Positions 60,657 through 64,000 of a stretch of DNA of 64,000 nt are shown one piece after another. Positions within the stretch are counted from its first letter, which is position 1. Each line of letters opens with the position of its first letter. The translations under genes and the position numbers were made by a program. The notes under the pieces are model-generated. The model had not been told where the DNA came from. It ran no database searches and saw only the letters and a list, made by a program, of their open reading frames with translations. This DNA is from Sulfurimonas sp. (lineage in GTDB: Bacteria > Campylobacterota > Campylobacteria > Campylobacterales > Sulfurimonadaceae). The stretch covers positions 2,419-66,418 of the forward strand of contig JALSLJ010000008.1 in the NCBI GenBank assembly GCA_026988315.1, written 5' to 3'.

Positions 60657-60962
60657 TTAGCTTATTTTTTTAAACTTATCTTCTAAAAATAAAAACATTT
60701 TAGATGTGTAGTGCATTGGTACAAACCACACAAAAATACCAACAGGTAAACTAAAAACTATACTAAAACCATTTGCTTTTAAAAAATCACCAGTTAAATA
60801 AATCACATAAAAAGCAAAAAATGTGATACAAACACCAACAAGCCATTTAAAAAAAACCACAATGACAAAAACAGTACCAAATTTTTTCATATTTATAACT
60901 GCGTAGTAAATTATTCCACACAAAACAATGAGCAGTGCGAGGTATGCTATTATATCTTCCAT
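60657..60962 (-). CDS. Hypothetical membrane protein
   Basis: 101 aa, three hydrophobic segments. Confidence 0.6.
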   Translation of the reverse strand: MEDIIAYLALLIVLCGIIYYAVINMKKFGTVFVIVVFFKWLVGVCITFFAFYVIYLTGDFLKANGFSIVFSLPVGIFVWFVPMHYTSKMFLFLEDKFKKIS

Positions 60963-61072
60963 GTGCGTATTGTAACTAAATATCTAATGTCCTCATCTAT
61001 TAAACAAAAATTTTAAGCAACATATCATCAATTTTTCCCTACTCTACAGAAAATTTAAATGAAAGAACAATT

Positions 61073-62995
61073 ATGTCAAATAGATTAGAAAAAGAAGATA
61101 GTCCCTACCTCCAACAACATAAAGAAAACCCAGTTGATTGGTGGCCTTGGTGTGATGAAGCATTTGAAAGAGCCAAAAAAGAAAACAAAGCTATATTTAT
61201 AAGTATAGGGTACTCCTCTTGCCATTGGTGTCATGTTATGGAAGAGACAGTGTTTGAAAATCATGAATGTGCAGATATTTTAAATGCTAGTTACATCTGT
61301 ATCAAAGTTGACCGTGAAGAGAGACCAGATATAGACAAGCATTACCAAGAGGTGCATATGTTGCTTAATCGCCGCCCTGGTGGATGGCCAACCTCTATCT
61401 TTTGCACTCCTCAAAATAAGCCATTTTTTGCAGGTACTTACATCCCACCTGAGTCAAGACAAGGGAGCATTGAGGGGATGGGTTTTATAGAGCTTACAAA
61501 GCTCATAGCATCTAAAATAGCAGAAAATGATCCAAAACTTTTTGAAAATGCAGAGGAGATAGAGAAATTTCTAGACCATAAAGAGTATCCAAAAGAGGCT
61601 ACCGTTTTAAAAGAAGATATAGTAAAAAACTTTATGATTCAAGTAAAAAACAATTATGAAACTGCAGATGGCGGATTTTCAGTTGCACCAAAATTTCCAC
61701 ATGCTTCAACACTAAATACACTCATAACTATAGACAGACTCTATAATGATAAAGCTGCTAAAGCTATGGTGGTGCATACTTTAAACTCTATGAGAAAAGG
61801 TGGGATGTATGACTTAATAGATGGTGGATTTTGCCGTTACTCCGTTGATAGCAACTGGAGAGTTCCACATTTTGAAAAAATGCTTTATGATAATGCCCTA
61901 CTTTGTGATGTTTACACTCAAGCATACCTCACATATAAAGATGATAGTTACTTAGAAACCGCGAAAGAGATAGCTGATTTTTGGTATAACTTTATGAGCG
62001 AAGATGAGCTGTTTTACTCTGCTAGTGATGCTGATAGTGAAGGTGAAGAGGGAACATACTTTATATACACATATCCAGAGGTATATGATACTTTAGTCCA
62101 AAATGGCTACAAAGATATTGATAGTATCTTAGATGAACTCGAAGTTACTCATGAAGGAAATTTTGAAGGTAAAAATATAATCAGACTTGAGAGTGGTGAA
62201 AAACCTCCATATTTCAAGGGTCTAAAAACATTACTTCAAAATTTAAGAAAAAAAAGAATTTACCCTTTTATAGATAAAAAAATTCAAACTTCGTGGTCGA
62301 GTATGATGATACACTCTCTATTTAATCTTGGTGCTATCGATAAAACATACAATAAAAAAGCAGTAAAAAATTTAAATGCTCTACTTAAAACTATGTATAT
62401 AGATGGCACACTGTACCATACGACACTCATACATAAAACTCCAAAAATAGAAGCATTTTTAGAAGACTATGCATTTTTAGCACAAGCTCTTATAGCTGCT
62501 TACAAATTTACACAAGATGAGATCTACCTTATTAACGCCCAAAGATTTGTAAACAAAGCCTTAGAGGAGTTTTATAATAAGGGTGAATGGAACTTCAGCA
62601 ATGGAGAGTTTATAACCAAAGCTGAAACCTCTGATAACACCTACACAAGTTCTGTCAGTGTGATGGTGGATGTTCTTCTATCATTAGGAACTCTACTTGA
62701 AGATGAAAAATATACGCACTTTGCTTTTAAAACGCTAGAGTATAATTCTTATAATTTAGGCAGAAAGCCTATCTACTCTCCATATATGCTCAAGCAGATG
62801 TTTCGATACATCAAAGGTGATAAAACAATAAAATCCAACCTTGATAATTTAAACAGCAATAGCTATAAGCTGAGTTCTTTAAGCTACCCCTTTATTCAAC
62901 TCAAACAAAGCGAAGATAAAAACTTCATCGTTTGCGGAGATAAAAGCTGTTTTGCAAACACAGATGATATAGATGCGTTAAACGAAATTATATAA
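61073..62995 (+). CDS. YyaL/SPATA20-family thioredoxin domain protein
   Basis: [52 protein letters not shown]. Confidence 0.93.
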   Translation: MSNRLEKEDSPYLQQHKENPVDWWPWCDEAFERAKKENKAIFISIGYSSCHWCHVMEETVFENHECADILNASYICIKVDREERPDIDKHYQEVHMLLNRRPGGWPTSIFCTPQNKPFFAGTYIPPESRQGSIEGMGFIELTKLIASKIAENDPKLFENAEEIEKFLDHKEYPKEATVLKEDIVKNFMIQVKNNYETADGGFSVAPKFPHASTLNTLITIDRLYNDKAAKAMVVHTLNSMRKGGMYDLIDGGFCRYSVDSNWRVPHFEKMLYDNALLCDVYTQAYLTYKDDSYLETAKEIADFWYNFMSEDELFYSASDADSEGEEGTYFIYTYPEVYDTLVQNGYKDIDSILDELEVTHEGNFEGKNIIRLESGEKPPYFKGLKTLLQNLRKKRIYPFIDKKIQTSWSSMMIHSLFNLGAIDKTYNKKAVKNLNALLKTMYIDGTLYHTTLIHKTPKIEAFLEDYAFLAQALIAAYKFTQDEIYLINAQRFVNKALEEFYNKGEWNFSNGEFITKAETSDNTYTSSVSVMVDVLLSLGTLLEDEKYTHFAFKTLEYNSYNLGRKPIYSPYMLKQMFRYIKGDKTIKSNLDNLNSNSYKLSSLSYPFIQLKQSEDKNFIVCGDKSCFANTDDIDALNEII

Positions 62996-63076
62996 AGCTT
63001 GACTCGTCAATGCTATCTTGATAAAATAGAGATTCAAAATCAGATATAATGTGATGAAATACTATAAGGAGAAATT

Positions 63077-63181
63077 ATGAAAGCAATATTTTTAGCTACT
63101 TTAATAGCGCTGAGTACACTTACAATGTTTACAGCTTGTGAAAAACCAGACTATCAACATCCACTGCATAGAAGTAAGTAA
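63077..63181 (+). CDS. Small lipoprotein, 34 aa (not in ORF track)
   Basis: MKAIFLATLIALSTLTMFTACEKPDYQHPLHRSK; RBS AAGGAG, TATAAT at 63045-63050, lipobox FTAC, downstream hairpin. Confidence 0.75.
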   Translation: MKAIFLATLIALSTLTMFTACEKPDYQHPLHRSK

Positions 63182-63208
63182 CTCTCTATACTTCAAACTT
63201 AGATATAC

Positions 63209-63236
63209 ACTACACATACCCTTAAATATGTGTAGT
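63209..63236. terminator. Hairpin between small lipoprotein and yebC
   Basis: ACTACACATA-CCCTTAAA-TATGTGTAGT followed by a T-tract. Confidence 0.7.
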
Positions 63237-63252
63237 ATTTTTTAGAGGTGCC

Positions 63253-63963
63253 CTATACTAAATTAGTAAAAACTTTTTGAACATCCTCGTCATCGTCTAA
63301 TCTTTCAAGTATTTTATCAATGTCAGCATGATGCTCTTGAGATAACTCAATAGGTGTGTTTGCCATTCTCTCTAAGTGAGCCTTAGTGATCTCAATACCC
63401 ATCTCCTCTAAAGCCCCATTGAGAGTTCCAAAGCTAGTATAATCACCTGTTATAATTACGATACCCTCCTCCTCTTCTATCTCTTCAAGTCCAGCATCAA
63501 TGAGCTCTAGCTCTAACTCTTCTATATCCATCCCCTCTTGCAGAGGAAATTCTATAACCGCTTTTCTTGAAAACATAAACTCCAATGAACCATTTGTCAA
63601 TAGCTCTCCACCCTGCTTAGTAAGTATATTTTTTACATTGGCTACTGTTCTTGTGTTGTTGTCAGTTGCACACTCTATAAATATCAAAACACCATGAGGA
63701 GCTTTTCCCTCAAAGTTTACCTCAAGCATACTTGCGGTGTCTTTTGCCGATGCTCTTTTGATAGCTGCTTCAATATTATCTTTTGGCATATTCTCAGCTT
63801 TTGCATTGAGTATTGCTGTACGAAGCTTAGAGTTCATATCGGGGTCACTGCTACCCTCTTTTGCCGCCATTGTAATAATTTTTCCTAATTTTGGAAACAA
63901 TTTTGACATTGCTCCCCATCTTTTCATTTTTGATGCTTTTCTATATTCAAACGCTCTACCCAT
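63253..63963 (-). CDS. yebC: YebC/PmpR-family DNA-binding transcriptional regulator
   Basis: [42 protein letters not shown]. Confidence 0.95.
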   Translation of the reverse strand: MGRAFEYRKASKMKRWGAMSKLFPKLGKIITMAAKEGSSDPDMNSKLRTAILNAKAENMPKDNIEAAIKRASAKDTASMLEVNFEGKAPHGVLIFIECATDNNTRTVANVKNILTKQGGELLTNGSLEFMFSRKAVIEFPLQEGMDIEELELELIDAGLEEIEEEEGIVIITGDYTSFGTLNGALEEMGIEITKAHLERMANTPIELSQEHHADIDKILERLDDDEDVQKVFTNLV

Positions 63964-64000
63964 AAAACTGTTCCTTTATTTTCTAATACTAACGAGATTA

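Noticed and set aside
2219-63888. Short antisense or overlapping ORFs in the track (e.g. 2219-2509, 16508-17023, 21022-21390, 43709-43915, 56658-57032, 63694-63888)
   Set aside because: They lie opposite or within well-supported genes and show no recognisable motifs; treated as shadow ORFs
1-64000. tRNA, rRNA, riboswitch, transposase, integrase or prophage genes
   Set aside because: None recognised; intergenic gaps are short and AT-rich, though a covariance-model scan was not possible

Overview
Low-GC chromosomal segment of a Campylobacterota bacterium; gene order and protein style suggest Sulfurimonas or a close relative (inference). Most of the window is conserved housekeeping backbone: hisG-coaX; serA-rpsA-ispH-aroA-pheT-pheS; argH; mqnL/ubiD-hemC-dsb-fxsA-proS-hemA-ispB; thrC; envC-ftsX-ftsE-trmB-FN3 lipoprotein-rluD; rodA; mlaA-mlaC-MMPL; yebC. 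Accessory genes are interspersed: two two-component systems, a TolC-MFP-split RND efflux operon and several lipoproteins. The most striking element is a three-gene, all-lipoprotein operon (43731-48642) between rluD and rodA. It encodes a non-Tat PhoX-family protein, an uncharacterised di-heme c protein and a tri-heme MauG-like enzyme, with no mau genes in the window. Also notable: a 36-bp tandem array bracketed by two covarying REP-like hairpins (59771-59938), a 34-aa lipoprotein ORF missed by the ORF track (63077-63181), a naturally split RND permease, an orphan HicA-like gene and an internal twin-arginine motif in a metallophosphoesterase. No rRNA, tRNA, CRISPR array, transposase, integrase or prophage was recognised. 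Family assignments come from motif recognition by eye, not from database searches.
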